A DNA stretch of 64,000 nucleotides from Kiritimatiellia bacterium (lineage in GTDB: Bacteria > Verrucomicrobiota > Kiritimatiellia > RFP12 > UBA1067). The position numbers were made by a program, and so were the translations under genes. Position 1 is the stretch's first letter, and every line of letters starts with the position of its first letter. Location of the stretch: positions 4,607-68,606 of the forward strand of contig JBAYXX010000004.1 of NCBI GenBank assembly GCA_041673345.1, in the 5' to 3' direction. Below are positions 47,969 to 57,363 of this stretch, piece after piece. Below the pieces are notes generated by a model. It was not told where the DNA came from and made no database searches. It saw nothing but the letters and a program-made list of their open reading frames with translations.

Positions 47969-48985
47969 ATGAAACAGTATAAAGTTGGTTTAGTGGGGAT
48001 TGGTGCCGTTGGCACTGAAATGATTAAGGTTTTGCGTCAGCGTAATTTTCCGGTGAGCGAGATACGGGTGCTGGCCACCCGTGAGCGCGATGAGGAGATT
48101 GCCGGCGAGATTTTTCATGTTCAGGTGGCAAGTCCCGAGGCCTTTGATGGCTTGGATATTGTTTTGTTCGCAGGCACTGAGGGTGCCAAGGGTGCCTCCA
48201 TGCAGTATGCAAGGGAGGCCGTTAAACGCGGATGCGTGGTGATTGACAACGGTGATGACTTCCGTATGGATGATAGTGTGCCGCTGGTGATCCCGGAGAT
48301 CAACGGAGATGCGCTGGAAAAACACCAAGGGTTGATCGCCAATCCGAACTGCAGCACAATCATCACTTTGATGGGCATCGCTCCTTTGCATCAGGTAGTT
48401 CCAATGAAACATATGACAGCTGTGACATTCCAATCAGTCAGCGGCACCGGGCGCGATGCAGTCGATGAACTGGAGCAGCAGGTGCAGGATTACGCCGCTG
48501 GTCGCAGCTCTGAGCCGCAGGTCTATCGCTACCCAATTGCATTCAATGTTCTGCCGCAGATTGGCGGGCCTAAGCCCGAGATGCCAGGCTTCACCAGCGA
48601 AGAGGCCAAACTGACCTTTGAGTCGCGCAAAATTCTGGGTGTGCCGGATCTCAGGATTGCCAGCACCTGTGTGCGGGTTCCTGTTTTCTATGCGCATTCA
48701 GTGGCGGTGCATGCCGAATTCAAGGCGCCGATGACTCCCGCCAGGGCGCGTGAAATTTTGAGCGCCGCCGCAGGCGTTAAGGTCGTGGATGATCTGGCCG
48801 CTGGTCAGTATCCAATGCCGATCACTATTGGTGGCGGCGATGATGTTGGTGTGGGACGTATCCGCGTGGACCCAAGTGTGGAGAACGGATTGGCATTGTG
48901 GTGTTGCGGCGACAACATCCGCAAGGGTGCCGCTCAAAACGCAGTCCAGATTGCGGAAGAGCTGATCAGACGCGGTTTGATCTAA
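47969..48985 (+). CDS. asd: Aspartate-semialdehyde dehydrogenase
   Basis: 338 aa. VGLVGIGAVGTEM (NAD(P) binding), active-site IANPNCSTI, SVSGTG. Confidence 0.93.
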   Translation: MKQYKVGLVGIGAVGTEMIKVLRQRNFPVSEIRVLATRERDEEIAGEIFHVQVASPEAFDGLDIVLFAGTEGAKGASMQYAREAVKRGCVVIDNGDDFRMDDSVPLVIPEINGDALEKHQGLIANPNCSTIITLMGIAPLHQVVPMKHMTAVTFQSVSGTGRDAVDELEQQVQDYAAGRSSEPQVYRYPIAFNVLPQIGGPKPEMPGFTSEEAKLTFESRKILGVPDLRIASTCVRVPVFYAHSVAVHAEFKAPMTPARAREILSAAAGVKVVDDLAAGQYPMPITIGGGDDVGVGRIRVDPSVENGLALWCCGDNIRKGAAQNAVQIAEELIRRGLI

Positions 48986-49314
48986 AAAGTGTGATGCTTT
49001 TTAAGAGCATAGCGCATAGCGCAGAGGGCATAGCGCAGCTTTTGTCGCTTAGGCGACTAGAAAGAACAATTAATTGTTCTTCCCCAAAAGTTGTTTGTCG
49101 AGCATTAAAAGGCGTTTAGTGTAGTAGTCGCTCTATGAGCGACATATGCCGCTCGTAGAGCGGTTGGCCAAATTCCAGGCCGCTCGTAGAGCGGTGTCGG
49201 TTGACGATGCTGTGCGACGATAGCGGATTACGATTAAAAACCCCGCCCTTGAAAATCGTCGACCAGCATCGTCGCACATCATCGTCAACCAAAGGTGACG
49301 CCAAATGGCGGTTG

Positions 49315-50304
49315 CTATGCCCAGCGAATCGCCATGGCACCCCAGGTCAGGCCGCCACCGAAGGCATCGATCACCAGGATGTCGCCGGGTTTGAGGCGCT
49401 CCTGTTCGACCGCTTCGCAGAGTGCGAGCGGCACTGTCGCTGCGGAGGTGTTGCCGTACTTTTCTATATTTATAAAAACTTTTTCAGGTGGCAATTTTAA
49501 CCGCTTTGCCACAGCGTCGATGATGCGAATGTTCGCCTGGTGAGCAATCAGGAGCGAGACATCCTCGGAGGTGAGCCCAGCTTTAGCGAGCACTGAGAGC
49601 GCCGCCTCATTCATATGGCGGACCGCATTTTTATAAACTTCGTTGCCGCTCATGCGCGTGGCCCGCAGGGTAGGGGTGCCGTCGGGGTTGATGTATTTAC
49701 GGCTGCCGCTGTTGGGCAGCACCAGCAGATCCTGGAGCGCTCCGTCGCCGCCGAGTTCCATGGAGAGTACACCTTTGCTCGCATCGTCGCTGACGGTGAA
49801 GAGCGCCGCCCCGGCACCGTCTCCAAACAGGATACAGGTGTCGCGGTCACTCCAATTAATGACTGCGCTGTTGATCTCTGAGCCAATCACCAGGATGTTT
49901 TTCATCAAACCGGATTTAATCATGCCCCAGGCCAGAGCCGCGGCGTAAATGAAACCAGTACAGGCGGCGGCCACATCCAGAACCGCGGCGTTCGTTGCGC
50001 CGATATTATGCTGCACCAGACAGGCCACCGAGGGATAGGCGGTGTCCGGCGTGGTTGTGGCGACAATAATAAAATCGATCTCTTTGGCATCAAGGCCAGC
50101 CATTTGGATGGCACCCTGTGCGGCGGTTGTGGCAAAGGTGGAGTTGTACTCACCGTCCTGCGCAATGCGCCGCTCTTTGATGCCTACACGCTTTGAGATC
50201 CACTCGTCGGAGGTGTCGACCATCTGCTCTAGATCAGCGTTAGTCAAGCGTTTTTCGGGGAAAGCTTTGCCAACTCCGATAATTTTTGCGGTTAAACTCT
50301 GCAT
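49315..50304 (-). CDS. fabH: 3-oxoacyl-ACP synthase III
   Basis: 329 aa. AAACTGFIYA (active-site Cys), IAHQANIRI, EKYGNTSAATVPLAL. Confidence 0.93.
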   Translation of the reverse strand: MQSLTAKIIGVGKAFPEKRLTNADLEQMVDTSDEWISKRVGIKERRIAQDGEYNSTFATTAAQGAIQMAGLDAKEIDFIIVATTTPDTAYPSVACLVQHNIGATNAAVLDVAAACTGFIYAAALAWGMIKSGLMKNILVIGSEINSAVINWSDRDTCILFGDGAGAALFTVSDDASKGVLSMELGGDGALQDLLVLPNSGSRKYINPDGTPTLRATRMSGNEVYKNAVRHMNEAALSVLAKAGLTSEDVSLLIAHQANIRIIDAVAKRLKLPPEKVFINIEKYGNTSAATVPLALCEAVEQERLKPGDILVIDAFGGGLTWGAMAIRWA

Positions 50305-50560
50305 AATTGATATTCCTGCAAACTGTGGTCTGCTCTTTGGTTAGAGACCTATTTCTACTAAATGACTTTTTATTATAGTAGATTTTAGCTGAGAGAACAA
50401 TACGCCATTTTAGGACTTTCGCACTTGCTGAATTGTAATATGAAATACGACAACACATTGGGTAAAAAAATGTCCCATGCAACAATACCTCTCAACAGAA
50501 ATTCTTCAAAAAATTGGAGAAAGGTGAAGCCGAACGTCAGCGACAAAGCTGGCCTATTGC

Positions 50561-50642
50561 CCGGGGTCGGGGTCGCTATCGGAATCGGTATTGAAAAACG
50601 CATAAAAACGACCCCGATGCCGACTCCGACACCGACTCCGAG
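50561..50642. repeat. Copy of the ~85-bp GGGGTCGGGGTCG...CGACCCCGA imperfect palindrome
   Basis: ccggggtcggggtcgctatcggaatcggtattgaaaaacgcataaaaacgaccccgatgccgactccgacaccgactccgag. Compare 13124-13207, 55535-55622 and 55722-55809. Confidence 0.85.
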
Positions 50643-50832
50643 TTGCATGGCAGCACCTATCGACTGCGAAACCGACCTTCATCCAGCACATGCCGCTCAC
50701 AGAGCGGCTACTACACTGTCGGCTGGCACCGTTACTTGGACCCAGTTTCAATTTTGTGCCATTCTGACGCAATTTCAGACAACATGTCGCTGGAAATCAA
50801 TGCAAATCATTATTTTTGCGCCCTTTTCAGGT

Positions 50833-50848
50833 TGGCACAAGATTAGCA
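50833..50848 (+). promoter_or_regulatory. Sigma-54 (-24/-12) promoter candidate upstream of htrA/degP
   Basis: TGGCAC aagat TAGCA has GG (50834-50835) and GC (50846-50847) separated by exactly 10 nt. There is one mismatch to the TGGCAC-N5-TTGCA consensus. It is on the + strand, about 158 nt upstream of the ATG at 51006. Confidence 0.4.
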
Positions 50849-50899
50849 TATCAGGTTGTACTGATGGAGAGACAGCAAGTTTTAATAAACAGGTCCGTT

Positions 50900-50970
50900 T
50901 GGCCATAGCACGATCCGTTCCGTCAGTTTAAACTTGAGCGGTTGCTGTCTTCCGGAAAGTGCTATGGCCA
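50900..50970 (+). promoter_or_regulatory. Long hairpin in the putative htrA/degP 5' leader
   Basis: tGGCCATAGCAC (50900-50911) pairs with GTGCTATGGCCa (50959-50970). An inner TTCCG/CGGAA pairing extends the stem. It ends 36 nt before the ATG. Confidence 0.5.
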
Positions 50971-51005
50971 GTTTGATGAATTTTTAGTGAAAGGGAGATC
51001 GACCA

Positions 51006-52454
51006 ATGAGAGAAGCTATAAGTATAAGAAACGGCGTTATCGCCGGGATGTTGTTAGTTGCCACCCTGAGTGTCAGCTTTAGTGCCAGCGGCGTAGCTGT
51101 TGATTTCACCAAGGGGTTTTCGGCGGTAGCCAAAGAGGCGACCCCGGCGGTGGTGTTTATTAAGGTGGAGAAAAATGTTCCCATGCGAGGTATGCGGCAA
51201 TATGGAAATCTCTTCGATTTCTTTGAAGAGGCTTTCCCGCAGAGATTTCAAAACCCTCGCGGCGGTGCGCCGAACACTCCGCAGGGTGGGAAAAACCCCC
51301 GCACCTACAAAATGATGGGCCAGGGATCTGGTTTTCTCATCAGCAAAGATGGATATATCCTGACTAACACCCATGTAGTGGGCGACATGGATAAGATCAC
51401 AGTCAAACTGGCCGACGGACGCGAGTTCCCCGCTCAAAGAATTGGGGCTGACTCACGCACCGAGGTCGCTCTGATTAAAATCGAGGCCGATGACCTTCCC
51501 TTTCTCAAGACCGGTGATATCAACCAGCTTGAGATCGGTGAGTGGGTGATTGCCATTGGCACCCCATTTGGACTCAATAAGACACTAACAGTCGGAGTAG
51601 TGAGTGCTAAAGGACGCACTAATATCGGAATTACCGACTATGAGGACTTTATCCAGACCGATGCCGCGATTAATCCAGGTAACTCCGGCGGGCCGTTACT
51701 GAACATTAATGGTGAGGTGATCGGCATTAACACCGCCATCTTCAGTCAGAGCGGCGGTTATATGGGCATTGGCTTTGCCGTGCCGATTGACATGGCGCTT
51801 GAGATCAAAGAGCATCTTGTCGCAAGTGGATATGTGAAAAGAGGTTACATTGGTGTTTATCTGAATCCAGGCGATGTCACCCAGGAGATGGCGCGCTCCT
51901 TTGGCTATGACCAATCCGGGGGTGTTCTGATCGCTGATGTGATGGAGGATGGGCCAGCCGCTAAAGCCGGCATCAAGAGTGGCGACATTATGATTGAGCT
52001 TAACGGAGAGAAAATCAAAGATAATCAGAGCTTTCGTAGCAATGTGGCACGGATCATGCCTAATAGAAAAGCGGAGTTTGTAATCATCCGTGACGGCAAG
52101 CGCAAGAAGGTCAGCATTGAGGTCGACTTGATGCCGGGTGATGAAGTTTCCGCTGAGAGTCAGGATCAGATTCTTGATAAAGTTGGCTTCAAGCTGCAGA
52201 GCCTGAATGCGGAAATTGCCGAGCAACTGGGTTACAAAGCTGAAGAGGGCTTGGTTGTCACAGAGGTTGATTCAGGATCAGATGCAGAGCGCCAGGGGCT
52301 GAAGGTGGGTATGCTGATCCTTGAGGTCAACCGCCAGAGCGTCAAGAGCCTCGGTGAGTTTGAGCAGGCAGCGCAGAAAGGCAAGGGCGAGCGAATGCTC
52401 TTGAGAGTGAAAGCAGGCAAGGCGACTATTTTTATTAACTTGAATTTTTCATAA
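51006..52454 (+). CDS. htrA: HtrA/DegP/DegQ-family periplasmic serine endoprotease with two PDZ domains
   Basis: 482 aa with a signal peptide. Catalytic-triad context TNTHVV...D...GNSGGPLLN. Two PDZ segments (GVLIADVMEDGPAAKAGIKSGDIMIELNG; GLVVTEVDSGSDAERQGLKVGMLILEVN). Confidence 0.93.
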   Translation: MREAISIRNGVIAGMLLVATLSVSFSASGVAVDFTKGFSAVAKEATPAVVFIKVEKNVPMRGMRQYGNLFDFFEEAFPQRFQNPRGGAPNTPQGGKNPRTYKMMGQGSGFLISKDGYILTNTHVVGDMDKITVKLADGREFPAQRIGADSRTEVALIKIEADDLPFLKTGDINQLEIGEWVIAIGTPFGLNKTLTVGVVSAKGRTNIGITDYEDFIQTDAAINPGNSGGPLLNINGEVIGINTAIFSQSGGYMGIGFAVPIDMALEIKEHLVASGYVKRGYIGVYLNPGDVTQEMARSFGYDQSGGVLIADVMEDGPAAKAGIKSGDIMIELNGEKIKDNQSFRSNVARIMPNRKAEFVIIRDGKRKKVSIEVDLMPGDEVSAESQDQILDKVGFKLQSLNAEIAEQLGYKAEEGLVVTEVDSGSDAERQGLKVGMLILEVNRQSVKSLGEFEQAAQKGKGERMLLRVKAGKATIFINLNFS

Positions 52455-52530
<76 letters not shown>

Positions 52531-52565
52531 CTTAAGTTATATTTAGACCACTCCTGTCATGCAGA

Positions 52566-52600
52566 GCCGGGATCCGTAAAAAGATCCCGGCCTTTTTGTG
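52566..52600 (+). terminator. Rho-independent terminator candidate
   Basis: GCCGGGATC cgtaaaaa GATCCCGGC followed by CTTTTTGTG. It is ~110 nt downstream of htrA. Confidence 0.7.
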
Positions 52601-52800
52601 CTTCTGCTATTGACAACGCTCGGCAAATGATTGAGAATCATCCCCCTGTTGGATATAATCGCTGTTTGTTGTTCACGCTTCAGCGTGCTCTTTGTTCTCT
52701 AACCGTTGGTTATTGAGGAGTTACGCTTGTTGCCCGTTGGCTGGGCAGTTTACGCGAGACGCCTTTTTTGGGTGGTACCAACAAGTTGGAGGGGTGATTT

Positions 52801-53391
52801 GTGACTGACGCGTCATTTTTCGGGTTATATGAACATTTGACAGGCAACCCGTGGCTGCTGGGTTTGATTATTACGCTGGGGGTCTGTTTTCTGGAGGACC
52901 CCGGCCGCTGCGTTGTTGGCTTGTTGGTCGCAACTGGTGATATCAGTTGGTGGCTTGCGTTTACCGCCATGATCGCTGGCAGCCTGCTGGGAGATTTCGG
53001 GCTCTATCTGATCGGACGCTATGCGATCATTTTTTGTATCAACCTAAGATGGATCAACGCTGAACGCGTGGAGCAGATGCAGGGATACTTCTCGCAGCAC
53101 GCTATCAAGGCATTGGTTGCCGCGCGTTTTTTGCCAGGGGCGCGCACCTTTGCCTACATCACAGCTGGCGTCACGCATTACGGGATTATTAAGTTTCTGG
53201 TGATTCTCACCGGCGCGGCCGTGGCGCAGGCTTTGATCTTTCTTTACGCCACCGGATTGATTGGGGAGCGCTTTCTCATATACCTGGAGAACAAGAACAT
53301 GCGCTGGGCTGCGGTCGGGATGATCTTAGCGGTTATTATCGCGGTACATTTTGTAATTAAAAAGATGAAAAAAAATTATAAAAAAAATTGA
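52801..53391 (+). CDS. DedA/VTT-domain inner-membrane protein
   Basis: 196 aa. GTG start preceded by GGAGGGGTG. FLEDPGRCVVGLLVATG...GSLLGDFGLYLIGRY...ARFLPGARTFAYITAG is typical of the DedA (SNARE-associated) family. Confidence 0.8.
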   Translation: MTDASFFGLYEHLTGNPWLLGLIITLGVCFLEDPGRCVVGLLVATGDISWWLAFTAMIAGSLLGDFGLYLIGRYAIIFCINLRWINAERVEQMQGYFSQHAIKALVAARFLPGARTFAYITAGVTHYGIIKFLVILTGAAVAQALIFLYATGLIGERFLIYLENKNMRWAAVGMILAVIIAVHFVIKKMKKNYKKN

Positions 53392-53399
53392 TTTTACAC

Positions 53400-53428
53400 T
53401 TGCAAACATTATAAAACTTTCCTATTAT
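53400..53428 (+). promoter_or_regulatory. Sigma-70-type promoter candidate for the 53555 gene
   Basis: TTGCAA (53400-53405), a 17-bp spacer, TATTAT (53423-53428). This predicts a leader of about 120 nt before AGGAGGG and the ATG at 53555. Confidence 0.4.
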
Positions 53429-53554
53429 AGGAACCAACGAAAGAATGGTCTTGAAAAATGCGGTCTCCCCAAAAGACTTAGCGTCGGACAAGATTTGCTA
53501 ATTCGCGGTTATTCATTGAGAATAACTGCAAAACATATGTTAGGAGGGTTTATA

Positions 53555-54997
53555 ATGAACCTGACTTTAAAACAGTTGTTTAAATTCGGAGCAGTCTGTG
53601 TGAGCGTTTGTGCGCTCAGCGCTTCTGCTGTGGATTATGTGTCGGACTCATTCGAAGCTCCTGAAGGCTCTGATGAACTCGCAATAGGCGAGTACAAAAG
53701 AGTTATCTCAGGTGTTAACGGTGAGTATACAAATCTGGCTTGGGTTGCAGGAATTGACGATACCTCAAGATTGGTTCCCGTCAATGCAGCTTATGCTGAT
53801 ATTGTCGGTGAAGGACCAATTACAAACGGTGCCAAATTACTGATGCTCAAGCTGGAGACAGAAAACGACACGCTTTCGCGTGCTGTGACGAATGAGCTGA
53901 GCATTGAGACTGCGACCGTTTATATTGACACACTGATTCAATTCACGCCGAGTGACGAAGCACCGTCGATTAATACAAACGCCGGTACGGATGTGAAAAT
54001 TGCGCTGTATGTCAATGCCGAGTCAAATCTCGTTGTCGTCTCTCAAACATACGAAGAGCTAACATATTACACCAAAGGGATGGCAACCTCAGAGATTGAC
54101 CTCGGATATCCGATTGATCCAGAGAAATGGTACAGATTGACAATGAGAGTTGTCTATGATGATCCTGATAGACTGACGGATATATGGGTCGATGGAGAGC
54201 TGGTTATACACACTAATGGTTATGATATAGCTAATGCCTGCATGGGAGGAAGCTCTTTCGTGAACATTAACTCAGGTGCTGATGATATCAGTTTCATCAG
54301 CTTCCAGGGAACTGGTTCGCTGGATGAGCTGGTGGTAACGGATGAGGAGCCGCCCATACTGAGCACTCCGTCCATTATCAAGCTGACGCTGGTTTCAGTA
54401 GGTGGGACTGTAATATTCTCGCCTGAAGGAACTGCTGACTCCGGCGTTGAGGTCACAATGACTGCGGGTGACTGGTACGAGATTATTTCTGTTACCGGCC
54501 CGATCAATGAAGACCTCTCTAGCTTCTTGCCTGCGAAGGCTATCACTAACGTGCTGACCGCAGGAGCGGATTGCTCGGTGACAGCCACAGTGGCAAAGGT
54601 CAGTAGTGGTAGCATCACAATTGGCGGCATAGGGTATGATCTGGGCACGGTCGCAACTTGGGCACTCGCTAACAGCATTGCTGAAGGCGGTCTGGTACCA
54701 GCCGATATGGATGATTACCTCCTTAACGTTGGCCCAGGGACTGATGCGACGATTGAGATCAAGTCCATCGTGGTTGACAAGGACACAGGCAAAACAACGA
54801 TTACAGTTGGTTCCAGTGAGCCGCTTGTTGACTTCACTAAGCTCAATGGAACGGTGTATGTTTATACAACAACCGATCTGGCCGTGCCGTTCGCACTAAC
54901 AGAGAAGAGTGTTGTCGAGTTGACTCCGGATGTTGATAAAGCGACACTGGAGATCACAGTTGTCTCGGATGAGTTCATCAAGGCTGTTGTGAAATAA
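53555..54997 (+). CDS. Secreted protein of unknown function (~480 aa) with an N-terminal LamG/concanavalin-like region
   Basis: ATG at 53555 preceded by AGGAGGG. Signal peptide MNLTLKQLFKFGAVCVSVCALSASA. ...KWYRLTMRVVYD...IWVDGELV...ISFISFQGTGSLDELVVTD resembles the end of a LamG-type jelly roll. I cannot assign the C-terminal half. Confidence 0.7.
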   Translation: MNLTLKQLFKFGAVCVSVCALSASAVDYVSDSFEAPEGSDELAIGEYKRVISGVNGEYTNLAWVAGIDDTSRLVPVNAAYADIVGEGPITNGAKLLMLKLETENDTLSRAVTNELSIETATVYIDTLIQFTPSDEAPSINTNAGTDVKIALYVNAESNLVVVSQTYEELTYYTKGMATSEIDLGYPIDPEKWYRLTMRVVYDDPDRLTDIWVDGELVIHTNGYDIANACMGGSSFVNINSGADDISFISFQGTGSLDELVVTDEEPPILSTPSIIKLTLVSVGGTVIFSPEGTADSGVEVTMTAGDWYEIISVTGPINEDLSSFLPAKAITNVLTAGADCSVTATVAKVSSGSITIGGIGYDLGTVATWALANSIAEGGLVPADMDDYLLNVGPGTDATIEIKSIVVDKDTGKTTITVGSSEPLVDFTKLNGTVYVYTTTDLAVPFALTEKSVVELTPDVDKATLEITVVSDEFIKAVVK

Positions 54998-55034
54998 GAC
55001 AAAAAGTTCTGTTTTAACTTACATAACTGACATA

Positions 55035-55072
55035 CAAGGGTCTGCGGTTCACCGCAGGCCCTTGTTGTTTTT
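55035..55072 (+). terminator. Rho-independent terminator candidate
   Basis: CAAGGGTCTGCGG ttca CCGCAGGCCCTTG followed by TTGTTTTT. It is 38 nt after the stop at 54997. Confidence 0.75.
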
Positions 55073-55419
55073 AATAAACACCTCCATCTTTAAACCCCTT
55101 CAATCTTTTGACTTTTTAACCCTTGCTATGCGCGCACGGAGCGCGGAGAGAGGCTGCGCCTTCGGCTTACGATAGCGGCGGCGATGACGACCGACGATTT
55201 TCAAGGCCGTGATTTTTAATCGTAACCCGCTATCGCATGTCACGCCGAACGATTGAAAGGCGGGTCTCGTCCAAAGCCGCTCTGTGAGCGACACTAAACA
55301 TGCAAGGCCGCTCATAGAGCGGCTACTACACCGAACGACAACTCTTGCATTCCGTAGTGCAGCGCATGTGTAGTAGTCGCTCTGTGAGCGACACACCGAA
55401 CGACAACTTTTGCATTGTT

Positions 55420-55950
55420 CCTTGCCTATAACTTGACCTCTTTGGTCTAGTTACCCTAGCGTTTTTTCGCGGCGCAGCCGCGCGGAGGGCTTGCCTATAA
55501 CTCGACCATTTTGTCACAGTTTCGTGCCTGTAACTCGGGGTCGGGGTCGGTATCGGTATCGGTATCGGTATCGAAAAGCGTACGAGGTCGACCCCGATTC
55601 CGACCCCGACCCCGACTCCGATGCAGCTGACCGTCGAGTTACCCCATCGTTTTTTCGCGGCGCAGCCGCGCGGCGGGCTTGCCTATAACTTGATCACTTA
55701 GTCGTAGTTTCGTGTCTCTAATTCGGGGTCGGGGTCGGGATCGGAATCGGTATCGGTATCGAAAAGCGTACGAGGTCGACCCCGATTCCGATCCCGACCC
55801 CGACTCCGATGCAGCTGACCGTCAAGTTACCCCAGCGTTTTTTCGCAGCGCAGCCGCGCGGCGGGCTTGCCTATAACTCGGCCATTTTGTCGCAGTTTCG
55901 TGCCTATAACTCGGGGCCGGGATCGCTATCGGCATCGGTATCGAAGGACG
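55420..55950. repeat. Tandem array (~2.7 copies) of a 188-bp composite repeat unit
   Basis: The landmark GTTACCCC recurs at 55450, 55638 and 55826 (period 188). CTTGCCTATAAC recurs at about 55421, 55489, 55677 and 55865. Each unit contains the GGGGTCGG...CCGACCCC palindrome. Confidence 0.9.
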
Positions 55951-56124
55951 CACGGAAATGTTCTCCAACCTCCGGCTTATCTCTTGCAAGGTACGCCACA
56001 GTCCAGGCTACGGGTCGTTTTTTTGACCTGATGACCTGGTGACTCGGTGGCATTGCTTACTGACCCGAACTCCGATTGGAAATCGGACCTACGCTGCTCC
56101 CGCGCCAAAGGCGCGACCTCCTCC

Positions 56125-56243
56125 AAACGCATAGCGTTTGTTACTGTAACAGCGGGCTCTTAAGCATCCAACCTTCAATGAGGGCGCGTAACTTTCGCAC
56201 ATTACGCAGACTCAATTTAGCTTCAGGCAAAAGCTGCTTTAGT
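56125..56243. repeat. ~120-bp interspersed repeat, copy 2 (see 36330-36450)
   Basis: aaacgcatagcgtttgttactgtaacagcgggctcttaagcatccaaccttcaatga...aaaagctgctttag. Confidence 0.8.
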
Positions 56244-56249
56244 GCGCTC

Positions 56250-57242
56250 TCAGCGATCAAACTGGCCGTCAAAAGCAATATTGCTTGGTTTGAAATCCAC
56301 GCAGCGCACAAAATCGCATGATTCCTCGGCGCCATGACAGCGATCCATACGTGAGTCCTCCCACTCAACTGAGAGCGGCCCAGTATACTTGATGTCATTC
56401 AATGCGACAATAATCTCCTCAAAGTTAATATCGCCATGACCCAGCGAGCGAAAATCCCAGTAGCGGCGCGGATCAGCGAACTCGGTATGGCCGCCAAAGA
56501 CACCCACGCTGCCATCGCCATGACTCCACCAGGCATCCTTCATGTGAACATGGAAAACGCGCTCAGGGAAGGTGCGCAGGAACTTCACATAATCAACGCC
56601 TTGATATCCTAGATGCGAGGGGTCGTAGTTAAAGCCAAAGGCCGGATGGTTATCCAGAGCGTCCAGCGCGCGTTGCGCTGTGGCGATATCAAAAGCGATC
56701 TCTGTTGGGTGGACCTCCAGTGCGAATTTAATCCCCAGCTCAGCATAGTAATCCAGAATAGGCTTCCAGGTCTTTGCGAACTCCTTGTAGCCTGCGTCGA
56801 TCTGACCTGGCAGGCAGGGCGGGAAGGAATAAATCAGATGCCAGATAGGCGAGCCGGTAAAGCCATTGACTACACTCACACCTAGGTTTTTAGCGGCTTT
56901 AGCGGCATTTTCCTGCATTTTGATCGCCCATGCGCGCGCTTTTTTGGGGTCTCCCTTGCAACTTGCGGGAGCAAACGCATAATGACGCGCGTCAATGGGA
57001 TCACAAACAAGCTGCCCGGAGAGATGATTGGAGATCGCCCAGCAACCCAGGCCATGCTCCTCGAGCAACGTGCGCTTGTCATCGCAGTACTTCTGGCTTT
57101 TAGCGGCCTTATCAAGCTCAATATGATCGCCCCATGTGCAGAGTTCAAGCCCATCATAGCCAAAGTCGCTCATCATTTCACAAACCTGTTTTAAAGGAAG
57201 GTCTGCCCATTGACCCGTAAAGATTGTCACATTTCTCGCCAT
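56250..57242 (-). CDS. Xylose-isomerase-like TIM-barrel protein (sugar phosphate isomerase/epimerase family), cytoplasmic
   Basis: [35 protein letters not shown]...[12 protein letters not shown]...[10 protein letters not shown] chose the ATG at 57242, preceded by AAGGAG. The track start at 57260 is 6 codons upstream. Confidence 0.8.
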   Translation of the reverse strand: MARNVTIFTGQWADLPLKQVCEMMSDFGYDGLELCTWGDHIELDKAAKSQKYCDDKRTLLEEHGLGCWAISNHLSGQLVCDPIDARHYAFAPASCKGDPKKARAWAIKMQENAAKAAKNLGVSVVNGFTGSPIWHLIYSFPPCLPGQIDAGYKEFAKTWKPILDYYAELGIKFALEVHPTEIAFDIATAQRALDALDNHPAFGFNYDPSHLGYQGVDYVKFLRTFPERVFHVHMKDAWWSHGDGSVGVFGGHTEFADPRRYWDFRSLGHGDINFEEIIVALNDIKYTGPLSVEWEDSRMDRCHGAEESCDFVRCVDFKPSNIAFDGQFDR

Positions 57243-57363
57243 TATCTGCTCCTTTAGCATTTAATCTGTCTATATGAAATTACTCTATAGCACTCGCCAC
57301 AATGAAATTAAGTATAATAGACGATAGCGGTTCAGTTCAATCCAAATCATCCGGTAAAACCGA

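Noticed and set aside
50724-50740. Second sigma-54-like string TGGCACCGTTACTTGG upstream of htrA
   Set aside because: The -12 element is TTGG, not TTGC, and the spacing is off by one. It is much weaker than the 50833 site.
55420-55950. Regularly spaced repeats that could be mistaken for a CRISPR array
   Set aside because: The period is 188 bp and the whole unit is conserved, so there are no unique spacers between short repeats. No cas genes are nearby, and the same unit occurs singly at 13048-13250. It is a tandem satellite, not CRISPR.
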